DNA of 63,275 nt, counting the filler, from Octopus bimaculoides (Eukaryota), in the NCBI RefSeq assembly GCF_001194135.2. It is 6 parts of 5 records of this genome, joined end to end, with 100 filler letters (N's around TTAATTAATTAA, not from the genome) between each part and the next. Parts side by side here need not be neighbours in the genome. Positions count along the whole stretch, not along the records: positions 48,470 to 50,912 come from NC_068989.1; positions 51,013 to 60,926 come from NC_069001.1; 4 more parts are not named here. The stretch is one strand, 5' to 3'. The notes under the pieces are model-generated. The model searched no databases, was not told the DNA's origin, and worked only from the letters and a program-made list of their open reading frames with translations. Shown here piece by piece: positions 48,470 to 60,926 of the stretch. The translations under genes and the position numbers were made by a program. Every line of letters starts with the position of its first letter. The stretch's first letter is position 1.

Positions 48470-49215
48470 CCAGTAAGGCGACCCTGGTAATGACCACGCT
48501 CAAATGGTGCAATTTACGTGCCACTGGCATGGAAACCAGACAGCTGCTCTGGCAATCATCACGCTTGGACGGTGCTGTTAGTGCTCCACTGGTACAGGTG
48601 CCAGTCATTGAATTTGGTTTAATTATGATTTCGATTTCACTTGCCCCAACAGGTCTTCACGAGCAGAGTTTTAGTGTCCAATGAAGGAGAGGTTGGCATG
48701 GGTGCCAGTTGTCGAATTTGGTATGATTTTAATTTCACTTGCCTCCATAGGTCTTTGCAAGCAGAGTTTAGTGTCCAGTGAAGGAATGGTATGCATATGT
48801 GGGCTGGCTACACCCCTGGCAGAGGCCACGGTTTATGGTTTCACTTGGCTTGTCGGGTCTTCTCATGCATTGCATATTTCCAAAGGTGTCGTCACTAGTC
48901 ATTGCCTCGGTGAGGCCTAAAGTTTGAAGGTCATGCTTCACCACCTCATTCCAGGTCTTCCTGGGACTACCTCTTCCACAGGTTCCCTCAACCGCTAGGG
49001 TATGGCACTTTTTCACACAGCTATCCTCATCCATTCTTGCCACATGTCCATACCAGCGCAATCGTCTCTCTTGCACACCACAACTGATGCTTCTTAGGTC
49101 CAACTTTTCTCTCAAGGTACTTGCACTCTGTCGAGTATGCACACTGATATTACACATCCATCGGAGCAGACTGGCTTCATTTCTTGCGAGCTTATGCATG
49201 TCTTCAGCAGTGACC
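48470..49215 (-). mobile_element. RTE-clade LINE 3' end with long 3' UTR
   Basis: LARNEASLLRWMCNIS..LREKL..RRLRWYGHVARM..EGTCGRGSPRKTWNEVVKHDL. Frameshift near 48890. Confidence 0.9.
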
Positions 49216-49219
49216 TGAA

Positions 49220-49221
49220 TA

Positions 49222-49264
<43 letters not shown>

Positions 49265-49410
49265 CAACATCGAAAAATACCTTAGGAATGAGAACCCAGG
49301 TTCAAAATTTCCCCAAGACACCTGATGAAGGCTGGAGGGTATATCATCCGAAACGTTGTGTTAACAACAAACAAGATGAGGACAAATATGCGTCAAATGT
49401 AAATAATGTA
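49220..49410 (+). mobile_element. (AAT)n-associated short element carrying a hammerhead (probable Penelope pLTR derivative)
   Basis: (AAT)n at 49220-49268, then a non-coding unit containing the hammerhead. Confidence 0.6.
49317..49362 (+). ncRNA. Minimal type I hammerhead ribozyme
   Basis: GACAC-CTGATGA-A-GGCTG(gagggtatat)CATCC-GAAACGTT-GTGTT. Palindromic ACGT stem III, U17 at 49357, one stem II mismatch. Confidence 0.75.
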
Positions 49411-49493
49411 CGGTATTTGTTGTTTAGAAGATTGTTAAAGGGTTAACAGTTATTTCTTATGATTTTACATTATTGCAACATTCAATTGTCAAC

Positions 49494-49800
49494 ATGGCGG
49501 CTTGTGAGAGACGACCAGTGTCCTGTGGTGAAAAACAAAGAATTGTGTGCCTTCACCAAGAGGGCAAGTCAAATTCTGTGGTAGCAACTACTGTAGAAAG
49601 GTCTAGAAGTGCTGTGCAATGAATTGTAGCTTGTTTTAAGTCGACAGATGCTAGACCCCAAACTGGTAGGCCTTGTAAATCTTCACCAAGACAGGATTGT
49701 ATTATGGTTAGAATGTCACTGAATTAAGAGTGCTGTTGAGATATCCCACAAGTTTAGCTCCACTTCCGATGTCAACGTATTGTGCAAAACAGTTTCTTAG
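49494..49800 (+). pseudogene. Tc1-type transposase N-terminal fragment
   Basis: MAACERRPVSCGEKQRIVCLHQEGKSNSVVATTVERSRSAVQ*IV..TGRPCKSSPRQDC. Confidence 0.75.
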
Positions 49801-49856
49801 ATTCTTAGCATGCCCTCACACATCTCCGATCCTTGTCAGTTCAACCATCTATCTTC

Positions 49857-49857
<1 letters not shown>

Positions 49858-49898
<41 letters not shown>

Positions 49899-50200
49899 AT
49901 ATGTGTATGCATATATAAGTGTATGCATGTGTGTATGTAGGTTTGACCGTGTATATGTGGTGTAGATATATATATGTGTGTATGTCTGCAAATATTTGTA
50001 CGTGTGTGTATGTATGTGTATACATGTACATATGTGTGTGTGTGTTTGTGTGTATATATGCATATATATGTGTGCATGCATATATACAGATGTATGTATC
50101 TGTGTGTGTATATATATATATATGTGTGCATGTGTATATGTCTCTGTGTATATATATTTATATATATGTGCATATATGTATGTATATATGTGTGTGTATG

Positions 50201-50251
<51 letters not shown>

Positions 50252-50311
50252 TGTGTGTATATATGGATATGTATGTATGTACCTGTATATATGTATATGT
50301 ATGTATGTATG

Positions 50312-50344
<33 letters not shown>

Positions 50345-50485
50345 ATATGTATGTTTATAATTATGTGTATATATATGTATGTATGGATGTATGTATGCAT
50401 ATGTGTATACATGTAAAGATATAAAGATTAAGAGGTATGTAAGTTTGTTAGTATGTGTATGTGTGTGTGTGTGTGTGTGTGTTTG
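49858..50485. repeat. TA/TG compound microsatellite
   Basis: Direct reading. Confidence 0.95.
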
Positions 50486-50785
50486 TATATTATATGTGTA
50501 TACCATACCACCTGTGAGAACTGAATAGGTGACCTCAAATCAATAGGCACCACACAGGTCATCTTTTGATAAGAACACAACAATATTGACCACCATAAAA
50601 TATTCCATTTCTTTATTCTTGAAAGAGGACACTCTCCTTCCCACACTGTTCTCAATTACTATTAGTTTTATCTTTATTCTTATCTTTACTTTTATTTATA
50701 TTCATATATTCATTCTTATTTTTTTTCTTGATTTCATTTACTTTTTTTCCTCTTCCTTCACCTTCTTACTTCCTTGCTGCTGCTG

Positions 50786-50786
<1 letters not shown>

Positions 50787-50818
<32 letters not shown>

Positions 50819-50912
50819 CTTCTTCTTCTTCTTCTTCTTCTTCTTCTTCTTCTTCTTCTTCTTCTTCTTCTTCTTCTTCTTCTTCTTCTTCTTCTTCTTC
50901 TTCTTCTTCTTC
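50787..50912. repeat. (TTG)n(TTC)n microsatellite
   Basis: Direct reading. Confidence 0.95.
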
Positions 50913-51012
50913 NNNNNNNNNNNNNNNNNNNNNNNNNNNNNNNNNNNNNNNNNNNNTTAATTAATTAANNNNNNNNNNNNNNNNNNNNNNNNNNNNNNNN
51001 NNNNNNNNNNNN
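50913..51012. other. Artificial 100-bp scaffold spacer
   Basis: N44-TTAATTAATTAA-N44. Confidence 0.95.
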
Positions 51013-51708
51013 ATATATATGGCTATCTTTCGTTTTGATTACATTTTACGCCATTTCTAATCCACGTGCGTTCCGTCCACGAATATATTGTACATAAAAG
51101 AAAGAAAGGTTTTTACTTGGAAGCATGTATGTCGTCGTTTAGTGTGGTCTTTATTGTAGCGTCACCTCACTGAAATCACTCTATGCCATTTGGAAAAGAA
51201 AGGCGTTTTAATACAATATTCTTTTAAAAAAAAAAAGCAATGACTGAAATACCGCACCTGAACAAAAACTAATAAATATATGTGACGCTAGGGTGTGTTT
51301 GCGTGTGTGTATGTGTTTGCATATGTGTGCATGTATTTGTGTATGTGTGTGTGGCTATGTATGTTTGTGTGAGTGTACATGTGTACACCTCAGTTGTACC
51401 CACTCAGAGCTAATATTCCTGTTGTATTGAAACCAGAAACATTCAAAAGGTTAGAAAAACCAAAACGTAGCTCCGTCTCTATCGTTCAAGTTCTTTCCCC
51501 ATTTTTTTTTTATCAATTTCAGTTTGTTTTTCGTTATATTCTAATTTATTTTCATTTTTTTTTTTTTTTGCAATACTTTATAATTTTATATTTTATTTTT
51601 ATTTCATGTTTGTTATTAATTTTCAAAAGTTTCCAGGTCTGGAAAAATTCCTGTTTTAGTTATCTTATACGAATATTTTCATCTTGTTTCACTTTAGTTT
51701 ATTTCATT

Positions 51709-51739
<31 letters not shown>

Positions 51740-52380
51740 TTCATTTATTTTTGTTAATTAGCTTTCTAAATATTCCACCAATTAACAGTCGTGTTTAACG
51801 AAACAAAACAAACAAACAAACAAAAATGTAGCCAGAAACAAAAACAAAAAAAATTATTTGTCATGTTGCTTTCCTAATTATTTGTTTGACACTGATTACC
51901 ATTGCCAAAAACTAAAAAAAAAGTAAATAAACAAAATAAAAGGAAAAAGGTCACATCCAAGTCGTATTCAATTGATTAGCAACATTCATACTAATCAACG
52001 ACTGATATTTCATCTGATACCACGTGACCACATTTATTCTAGTTATAGCTATTGTTCGTCTTCATATTCAGGTGAAGGTGTTGATGTTGTAACAGCTACT
52101 GTTATTGTGCTGATCCTACCAACGTTATTGCAATTAGCGTTGTTGTAATGCTTGTTATTGCTTCTCTTATCTGTAATTGCTGATAAGCGCATTGTTGTTT
52201 ATATGAGAATTTGTCTTGAGACCATCAACGCTTCTCCATCCTATGTCACCCGTTTCTGTTACTCTTGATGATGGTGATGATGATGAAATGGAGGAGATAG
52301 ATGAGAAGAACTGATGTTACTGCACTACTTGCATTTAGATGCGTTTAGTTCTAAGAATTCTTTCAACTGCTGCACGTATT

Positions 52381-52769
52381 GTTGTTGTTGGCACTCCGTC
52401 GCTTACGACGTCGAGGGTTCCAATTGACCCGATCAACGTAACAGCCTGCTCGTGAAATTAACGTGCAAGTGGCTGAGCACTCCACACACACGTGTACCCT
52501 TAACGTAGTTCTCGGAGATATTCAGCGTGATACAAAGTGTGACAAGGCTGACCCTTTGAATTACAGGCACAGCAGAAACAGAAAGTAAGGGTGAGAGAAA
52601 GTTGTGGTGAAAGAGTACAGCAGGGTTCGCCACCATCCCCTGCCGGAGCCTCGTGGGGCTTCAGGTGTTTTCGCTCAATAAACACTCAATACGCCCAGTC
52701 TGGGAATCGAAACCGCGATCCTATGACCACAAGTCCACTGCCCTAACCACTGGGCCATTGCGCCTCCAC
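52381..52769 (-). mobile_element. SINE family B, full length
   Basis: Reverse complement matches 3228-3608 end to end. No clear TSD. Confidence 0.95.
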
Positions 52770-52957
52770 CGTCCACGAATATATTGTACATAAAAGAAAG
52801 AAAGGTTTTTACTTGGAAGCATGTATGTGGTCATTTACTCTGTTATTTATAGTAGCGTCACCTACACACGGGATGTCTACACACAGACCGCAGATATTGT
52901 TGGTGAGCGTTTTGAGGTAACACGCTGCTGGTACAGTTGTTCTTCTGTAACCGTGAA

Positions 52958-53270
52958 TGCGTGTAACCAAGTGGTTAGGATATTTGGCTCGCAATCGTAA
53001 GGTCGAGAGTTCGATACCCGGTGGCGAGTTGTCTCCTTGAACGAGAAACTTTATTCCGCGTTGCTCTAGTCCAAACAGCTTGCGAAAATGAGTAGCACTT
53101 GTAAGACAAAGGGGCCAATTTTGTCACATTGTGTCATGCTGAATCTCTCCGAAAACTACGTTAAGGGTACGCGTGTCGGTGGAGTACTCAGCCACTTGCA
53201 CGTTACTTCCACGAGCTAGGTGTTTCGTTGATCAAATGAACTGAAACACCCATCGTCATTACCGACGGAG
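52958..53270 (+). mobile_element. SINE B2 (different tRNA head and core, family B tail)
   Basis: GTGGTTAGG..GAGTTCGATACCC head, TTGTCTCCTTGAACGAGAAACTTTA core, CTACGTTAAGGGTAC..CAGCCACTTGCACGTT tail. Confidence 0.8.
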
Positions 53271-53516
53271 GAATAGCCGTAACTGTTCCGTCTATTCTGA
53301 AATGAAATTGTATGAATGTCCATAACTGAACAAGTATTCAAATATCCTTATTAGCTGTCGAAGTTGAGAACATTTAGGATATGTGGCCACGCAAATTAAC
53401 CGCATATGTTTGCTGAGAACGGCCAATTAGCAGCTCAAAGATGCATTATGAGAAAGATATATATATTTAATTAGACTATACATTTGGATTTTCTTACATA
53501 TATACACACGCATACA

Positions 53517-53577
<61 letters not shown>

Positions 53578-54445
53578 NNNNNNNNNNNNNNNNNNNNNNN
53601 NNNNNNNNNNNNNNNNNNNNNNNNNNNNNNNNNNNNNNNNNNNNNNNNNNNNNNNNNNNNNNNNNNNNNNNNNNNNNNNNNNNNNNNNNNNNNNNNNNNN
53701 NNNNNNNNNNNNNNNNNNNNNNNNNNNNNNNNNNNNNNNNNNNNNNNNNNNNNNNNNNNNNNNNNNNNNNNNNNNNNNNNNNNNNNNNNNNNNNNNNNNN
53801 NNNNNNNNNNNNNNNNNNNNNNNNNNNNNNNNNNNNNNNNNNNNNNNNNNNNNNNNNNNNNNNNNNNNNNNNNNNNNNNNNNNNNNNNNNNNNNNNNNNN
53901 NNNNNNNNNNNNNNNNNNNNNNNNNNNNNNNNNNNNNNNNNNNNNNNNNNNNNNNNNNNNNNNNNNNNNNNNNNNNNNNNNNNNNNNNNNNNNNNNNNNN
54001 NNNNNNNNNNNNNNNNNNNNNNNNNNNNNNNNNNNNNNNNNNNNNNNNNNNNNNNNNNNNNNNNNNNNNNNNNNNNNNNNNNNNNNNNNNNNNNNNNNNN
54101 NNNNNNNNNNNNNNNNNNNNNNNNNNNNNNNNNNNNNNNNNNNNNNNNNNNNNNNNNNNNNNNNNNNNNNNNNNNNNNNNNNNNNNNNNNNNNNNNNNNN
54201 NNNNNNNNNNNNNNNNNNNNNNNNNNNNNNNNNNNNNNNNNNNNNNNNNNNNNNNNNNNNNNNNNTACATACAAACATGCACACACACACACACACACAC
54301 ACACACCTGTGTGTGTGTTAGAAGTATGCAATGGAACACACGGAAATGAAAAATCTCTTTCTCTCTCTTTTTCTCTCTCTTTTTCTCTTTCTCTCTCTCT
54401 ATTTATTGCTCTTTCTCTTTCTCTCTCTCTCATTCTATCTCTCTT

Positions 54446-54512
<67 letters not shown>

Positions 54513-55300
54513 GACGGAATGAAATATAAACCAATACAAACAATAACAAATGAAGCTGCCAGCAACGCCTGGATGCGATGTGGTCAGAAATCGCATTCTC
54601 TCTGATCAAACATTACAACAATAAACGCAGTTTTGTGAACTTAATTCCCTGCGTAGATAGATACATGCATGAATCGTACGTGTAGACTCTAGAAGTGAAG
54701 ACATCATTAGAAATAGAAGATTTCTCATTATCTAACACTTGTATAATAATAGTCACTTATTAGCATATGGACTAGCAAGAACAAGTTTCTCACTTGTTAA
54801 ATCCAAATTAATTGCTACCTCAGTTTTAGTTATAAACACTCTGAATGGAAGAAATTTAACAATAATGATATGGCAGCCATCTCCACGGTGTAAAATGCAA
54901 CGGATTGCTTGCCTTCATTATTAGCGATCTATAAAGAAGTACTGTTGGATTATCGCAGTCGTTAGAGATTATTCAAAATGACTTATTGTGGTATTTAGAT
55001 GCAGAACATCGCATTCTGAGTTATAATCTTGCTGAAGATAGCTTTAAATTTCATCAACTTCATAATCGTTATACTGAAGTACTAGCCAATTGACGAATTC
55101 GGTTTTATTGATTAACACGGTCACTCACACAATCTGTCTATCTATCTATCTATCTATCTATCTCCTCCCTGTCTCACTCAGAAATCTGTGGTCTTATACC
55201 TAGAAATCATTCAAGTTCATGTGATAGCAGATTCAATGGAAGTAGAGAGACAGTCGTTAAAATTGTTGGAAAAAAAATGCTTTGCATTATTTAGTTACAG

Positions 55301-55510
55301 AATGGCGGTGAGCTGGCAGCCAAATGCTTAGCACGCCAGCAAAATGCTTAGCAGCGTCTCAACGGTCTGAGTTCAAATTCCGCTGAGGTCAATTTCGCCT
55401 TTAATCCTTTCGGTGTCGATAAAATAACGACTATTTAAACTCTGAAGACGGTGTAATCGACTTATCCCCTACACTCAAAATTACTCGTCTTGTGCCAAAA
55501 TTTGAAGCCA
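55301..55510 (+). mobile_element. SINE family C
   Basis: GGCGGTGAGCTGGCAG..GAGTTCAAATTCC..CCTTTCGGTGTCGATAAAATA..CTTGTGCCAAAATTTGAA. Confidence 0.85.
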
Positions 55511-56463
55511 TATTTAGATACAGGTTTTTTACGCTTTAATATTAAATACTGACGAGCTCAACTCTGATTTACACCGTTAATCGGGGCCAATATATATATA
55601 TATATATANNNNNNNNNNNNNNNNNNNNNNNNNNNNNNNNNNNNNNNNNNNNNNNNNNNNNNNNNNNNNNNNNNNNNNNNNNNNNNNNNNNNNNNNNNNN
55701 NNNNNNNNNNNNNNNNNNNNNNNNNNNNNNNNNNNNNNNNNNNNNNNNNNNNNNNNNNNNNNNNNNNNNNNNNNNNNNNNNNNNNNNNNNNNNNNNNNNN
55801 NNNNNNNNNNNNNNNNNNNNNNNNNNNNNNNNNNNNNNNNNNNNNNNNNNNNNNNNNNNNNNNNNNNNNNNNNNNNNNNNNNNNNNNNNNNNNNNNNNNN
55901 NNNNNNNNNNNNNNNNNNNNNNNNNNNNNNNNNNNNNNNNNNNNNNNNNNNNNNNNNNNNNNNNNNNNNNNNNNNNNNNNNNNNNNNNNNNNNNNNNNNN
56001 NNNNNNNNNNNNNNNNNNNNNNNNNNNNNNNNNNNNNNNNNNNNNNNNNNNNNNNNNNNNNNNNNNNNNNNNNNNNNNNNNNNNNNNNNNNNNNNNNNNN
56101 NNNNNNNNNNNNNNNNNNNNNNNNNNNNNNNNNNNNNNNNNNNNNNNNNNNNNNNNNNNNNNNNNNNNNNNNNNNNNNNNNNNNNNNNNNNNNNNNNNNN
56201 NNNNNNNNNNNNNNNNNNNNNNNNNNNNNNNNNNNNNNNNNNNNNNNNNNNNNNNNNNNNNNNNNNNNNNNNNNNNNNNNNNNNNNNNNNNNNNNNNNNN
56301 NNNNNNNNNNNNNNNNNNNNNNNNNNNNNNNNNNNNNNNNNNNNNNNNNNNNNNNNNNNNNNNNNNNNNNNNNNNNNNNNNNNNNNNNNNNNNNNNNNNN
56401 NNNNNNNNNNNNNNNNNNNNNNNNNNNNNNNNNNNNNNNNNNNNNNNNNNNNNNNNNNNNNNN

Positions 56464-56520
<57 letters not shown>

Positions 56521-56896
56521 TGGTAGTGGATGTCAGTATTTTTTTAAAACTCTGACACAGGAATGAGAGTGCGAAAGAGTGTGTACTGTATCTGCTTCAT
56601 ACACACAAATATATATTCATACATCCATACATACTTACATAAATACATACACACATATACATAGATGCATACATACTTGCATGCATACATAGCCACAATT
56701 AAATATAGACAAGTGTGTGTATCATTATATTCAGATATATTCCTCTAAACTTTCTCTCTCTCTCTCTCTCACACACAGACATACACACATATATTTATCT
56801 AGACATAAATGAATAGGAGGAATATATACATACAAATATACATATTTCGAAGATAGACACATAAACAGATTACTCTATATATATGCATATATATAT

Positions 56897-56970
<74 letters not shown>

Positions 56971-57583
56971 NNNNNNNNNNNNNNNNNNNNNNNNNNNNNN
57001 NNNNNNNNNNNNNNNNNNNNNNNNNNNNNNNNNNNNNNNNNNNNNNNNNNNNNNNNNNNNNNNNNNNNNNNNNNNNNNNNNNNNNNNNNNNNNNNNNNNN
57101 NNNNNNNNNNNNNNNNNNNNNNNNNNNNNNNNNNNNNNNNNNNNNNNNNNNNNNNNNNNNNNNNNNNNNNNNNNNNNNNNNNNNNNNNNNNNNNNNNNNN
57201 NNNNNNNNNNNNNNNNNNNNNNNNNNNNNNNNNNNNNNNNNNNNNNNNNNNNNNNNNNNNNNNNNNNNNNNNNNNNNNNNNNNNNNNNNNNNNNNNNNNN
57301 NNNNNNNNNNNNNNNNNNNNNNNNNNNNNNNNNNNNNNNNNNNNNNNNNNNNNNNNNNNNNNNNNNNNNNNNNNNNNNNNNNNNNNNNNNNNNNNNNNNN
57401 NNNNNNNNNNNNNNNNNNNNNNNNNNNNNNNNNNNNNNNNNNNNNNNNNNNNNNNNNNNNNNNNNNNNNNNNNNNNNNNNNNNNNNNNNNNNNNNNNNNN
57501 NNNNNNNNNNNNNNNNNNNNNNNNNNNNNNNNNNNNNNNNNNNNNNNNNATTTGCACATACATATTGATGTATCTATGTATAA

Positions 57584-57655
57584 AGGCGCATGGCTCAGTG
57601 GTTAGGGTGTTGCGCTCACCGTTGTGTAATCGTGAGTTCGATTCTCAGAGTGAGC
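57584..57655 (+). mobile_element. tRNA-derived SINE head only
   Basis: GGCGCATGGCTCAGTGGTTAGGG..GAGTTCGATTC. No acceptor stem closure. Confidence 0.6.
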
Positions 57656-57702
57656 GGCGAATACATTCAACGGGATAAGAATAATGATTATAATAACAGC
57701 GT

Positions 57703-57923
57703 TTTCAACTCTAGACTCATGCCAAGAAATGTTGAGAAGGAGCTAGTCGATTACGTCGGCTTCAGCGCTCGACTGTTGTTTTTTTTTTTTTTTTTTTTTG
57801 ACCGTGAAAGAACGAAAGGCAAATTCGACTTTGACGGAATTTGAACTCGGAACACGAAGACTGATGATCTGCCGCTAAGCAATTTATCATACATGCTAAC
57901 GATGTTGCCAAATCACCGCCTTA
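57703..57923 (-). mobile_element. SINE family C, diverged
   Basis: GAAAGGCAAATTCGACTTTGACGGAATTTGAACTC..GCCGCTAAGCA..TCACCGCCTT. Confidence 0.75.
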
Positions 57924-58070
57924 ACAGTTTTGCATTTAAACTGTCCATATCCAGCTGAAATATTTTACCTGTTTTATGCTCAAACTGGTCAGATTTGACC
58001 GTTCACACATATCCTACAATGTAACTCTTAAAATCCCACAGCTATGAGATAATGCAGGATTAATTTGACA
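57921..58070. mobile_element. Dispersed short repeat F, second copy
   Basis: GCATTTAAACTGTCCATATCCAG..AAACTGGTCAGAT..CACACAT..CTACAATG aligns to 14087. Confidence 0.6.
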
Positions 58071-58075
58071 TTACG

Positions 58076-58235
58076 TGTGGAGGCGCAATGGCCCAGCGGT
58101 TAGGGCAGCGGACTCGCGGTCATAGGATCACGGTTTCGATTCGCAGACCGGGCGTTGTGAGTGTTTATTGAGCGAAAACACCTAAAGCACCACGAGGCTT
58201 CTGCAAGGGATGGTGGTGAACCCTGCTGTACTCTA

Positions 58236-58285
<50 letters not shown>

Positions 58286-58500
58286 GTATATATATATATT
58301 TTAATGTGTGTATCTTTGTATCTTTGTTTGTCACCCTGCCACCAATAGACAACCGGTGTGTATGTGTATTTACGTCCTCAAAACTTAGCGGTTCGGCAAA
58401 GGAGGACCACATATAATAATTACCAGGTGGATTTGTTCAGCTCAAACCCTTCAGGGTATTGCCCCATCGTGGCCGCCGTCAAATGATTGAAGATATAAGA
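58076..58500 (+). mobile_element. SINE B head (58076-58236), microsatellite, SINE A tail (58310-58500)
   Basis: B head matches 3228 closely. ACTTAGCGGTTCGGCAAA..GGCCGCCGTCAAATGA is an old family A tail. Confidence 0.8.
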
Positions 58501-59387
58501 TGCAAAGTGATGGGCATGCCTGGAGTAAAATTTAAGAAAAAACAAGAAATGAAATAATACCCAAAAGCCAACTGAAGATCAACCACATAATAAAACCAAT
58601 CTTTGAAATTTATATTTTAGATGGAGCGCCTAAGTGGTTGCTCAACCTGCGAGAAATAGCAGGCGATAATTTTTTCTGTCCTATTAAGCGTCACACAAAT
58701 TTAAAAACAATGACTTTACATAATATAAGCTGGGAAATTAAAAAACTTGGAAGGTCACAACTGGAAGAGGTTTATGCCAGTTGTGACGAGACTAATTTAA
58801 CCAATGACTAAACGACAATATTTACGGGGCCTGGGTAGTAAAATATTATGTGACGTTTATCTGTTTGGTAAAGAAAATATAGGTGCACAACGTACAAAGC
58901 CAGCAGCAGATATTGTAGTAAAATCTAATGGAGGATATATTAAATGTCGTACTTATTTCACTCGTGACAAAAAATACGGAAATTATGAATGAGCAAATAC
59001 ACTAAATATATACTTAATAGAGGTAAATTGGGTGCAAATCTTCAAGGACTAATGGAGAAGAATTAAAAGAAGTCTGCACCCATTATAGCGATATTGATTC
59101 ATAGAACTGTAGTTCATTAAATGCATTTCAAATCGATAGGCAAAGGCCTTCAACAATTTTAATTCGTCCTCAAGAACAAAGAATATCAAAGTACAATGCT
59201 GAACGAATAAACGCGGTGCTGATTTCGGTTTGCCCACCGAGTAATGAAGGTATGCTATATATATATATATATACGTACATACATATAGATTGATACAGAT
59301 ATATATTGTGTATGTATGTATGTATACAACTATGCACACATAGATACGTACACATTCACACTCAAATATCAAAGATTTTCTGTATGT

Positions 59388-59588
59388 ACCTGGCTTTAGG
59401 CGAAAGAACATAGAGGACGGCAAGTTAATTATGATTTTATTCAACATATTCCCCTCTCGGACTCATACAATTATTGCCGAGGTCTTTCTGCTTTCCAAAG
59501 TCCTGTAAGGGAGCTCGGAGGTTTGGACCCCTAGCCAGGCCTTTCGCGGCACCTCACGAAGCCAAGAACTTTCCGGCACACCCTCGGA
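59388..59588 (-). mobile_element. Mariner-derived MITE
   Basis: Left TIR TCCGAGGGTGTGCCGGAAAGTTCTTGGCT, NNCMSPRGEYVE* tail, partial right TIR AAAGCCAGG. Matches 20030. Confidence 0.8.
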
Positions 59589-59617
59589 TTGGTACGCAAA
59601 TAAATGCAACACACGAT

Positions 59618-59676
<59 letters not shown>

Positions 59677-59869
59677 ATACATACATAGCAGGAAGGGACA
59701 TAGCAGGCTTTCTGACTCAGTCCGCACGTCGGGGATCTCCCACACGGCGTTAGGGTCAATTCAAACGGCTATGTGAAGCTGCTAGATTGTGATTAAAACA
59801 TGGCTGTAGAGGGATGATGCGGTAAGGCCATATGTATGGTAGCAAGATTCAGCCCCTTGTCATGTCACT

Positions 59870-60250
59870 GTTGTTGTTGGCACTCCGTCGCTTACGACGT
59901 TGAGGGTTCCAGTTGATCCGATCAACGGAACAGCCTGCTCATGAAATTAAACTGCAAGTGGCTGAGCACTCCACAGACACGTGTAACCTTAACGTAGTTC
60001 TCGGGGGATATTCAGCGTGACACAGTGTGACAAGGTTGACCCTTTGAATTACAGGCACAACAGAAACAGGAAGTAAGAATGAGAGAAAGTTGTGGTGAAA
60101 GAGTACAGCAGGGTTCGTTACCATCCCCTGCCTGAGTCTCGTGGAGGTTTAGGTGTTTTTGCTCAATAAACACTCACAACACCCGGGCTGGGAATCGAAG
60201 TCGCAATCCTATGACCGCGAGTTCGCTGCCCTAATCACTGCGCCATTGTC
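59870..60250 (-). mobile_element. SINE family B, full length
   Basis: Matches 3228 and 52381. Confidence 0.93.
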
Positions 60251-60747
60251 ACTACAAAGACACAAAAGTGATTGTTGGAGAATCTCTACAAGGTCACCAG
60301 CCTCAATTTATATCAACACAATAAGTAAACGAGCAAAATAACCTAAACACCAAAGCGGTTTTCCCATTATTTCGTTAGATTTTTAAAGTGTTCTTTTTAC
60401 CAGCGCTGATTTTTAGTAGGATATCAGTTCTGATAGATCAGTCCTATGTTCAAAGATAGTCTATCCATGACCATCTCATCTGTTATTTCTCTTCACACCT
60501 TACATTATCCAAAGTTGGCCCTTCTCGTTCGCTCTCGTTACCGTGACATAGGTTTCGCCGTTGTTGTTGTTGCTGCTGTTGTTTTTGTTTTTGTTATCGC
60601 TGTTGTTGTTGTTGATGTTGTTGTTATGGTTCATGTCCTTGTTTGAAACCAGTTCGGCACTCATCTGGCTGTCATACAATACAAGATTTACAAAGAACGG
60701 GTATATTCGGGCATATTGGCTTCGCACAAGCATTCATTCATTAATAC

Positions 60748-60926
60748 ACTTTTACTTGTATCAGTCATTTGAGTGCGGCCATGCTGGAGCACCGCCTTTA
60801 GTCCAGCAAATCGACTCCAGGACTTATTCTTTGGAAGCCTAGTACTTATTTCTATCGGTGTCTTTTGCCGAACCGCTAAGTTACGGGGACGTAAACCCAC
60901 CAGCATCGGTTGTCAAGCGATAGTGC
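60748..60926 (-). mobile_element. SINE family A 3' half
   Basis: GCGGCCATGCTGGAGCACCGCC..GCCGAACCGCTAAGTTACGGGGACG. Confidence 0.9.

Noticed and set aside
60520-60560. Minus-strand CGAAACCTATGTC, a perfect hammerhead 3' core
   Set aside because: No CTGANGA in a usable position on either side.
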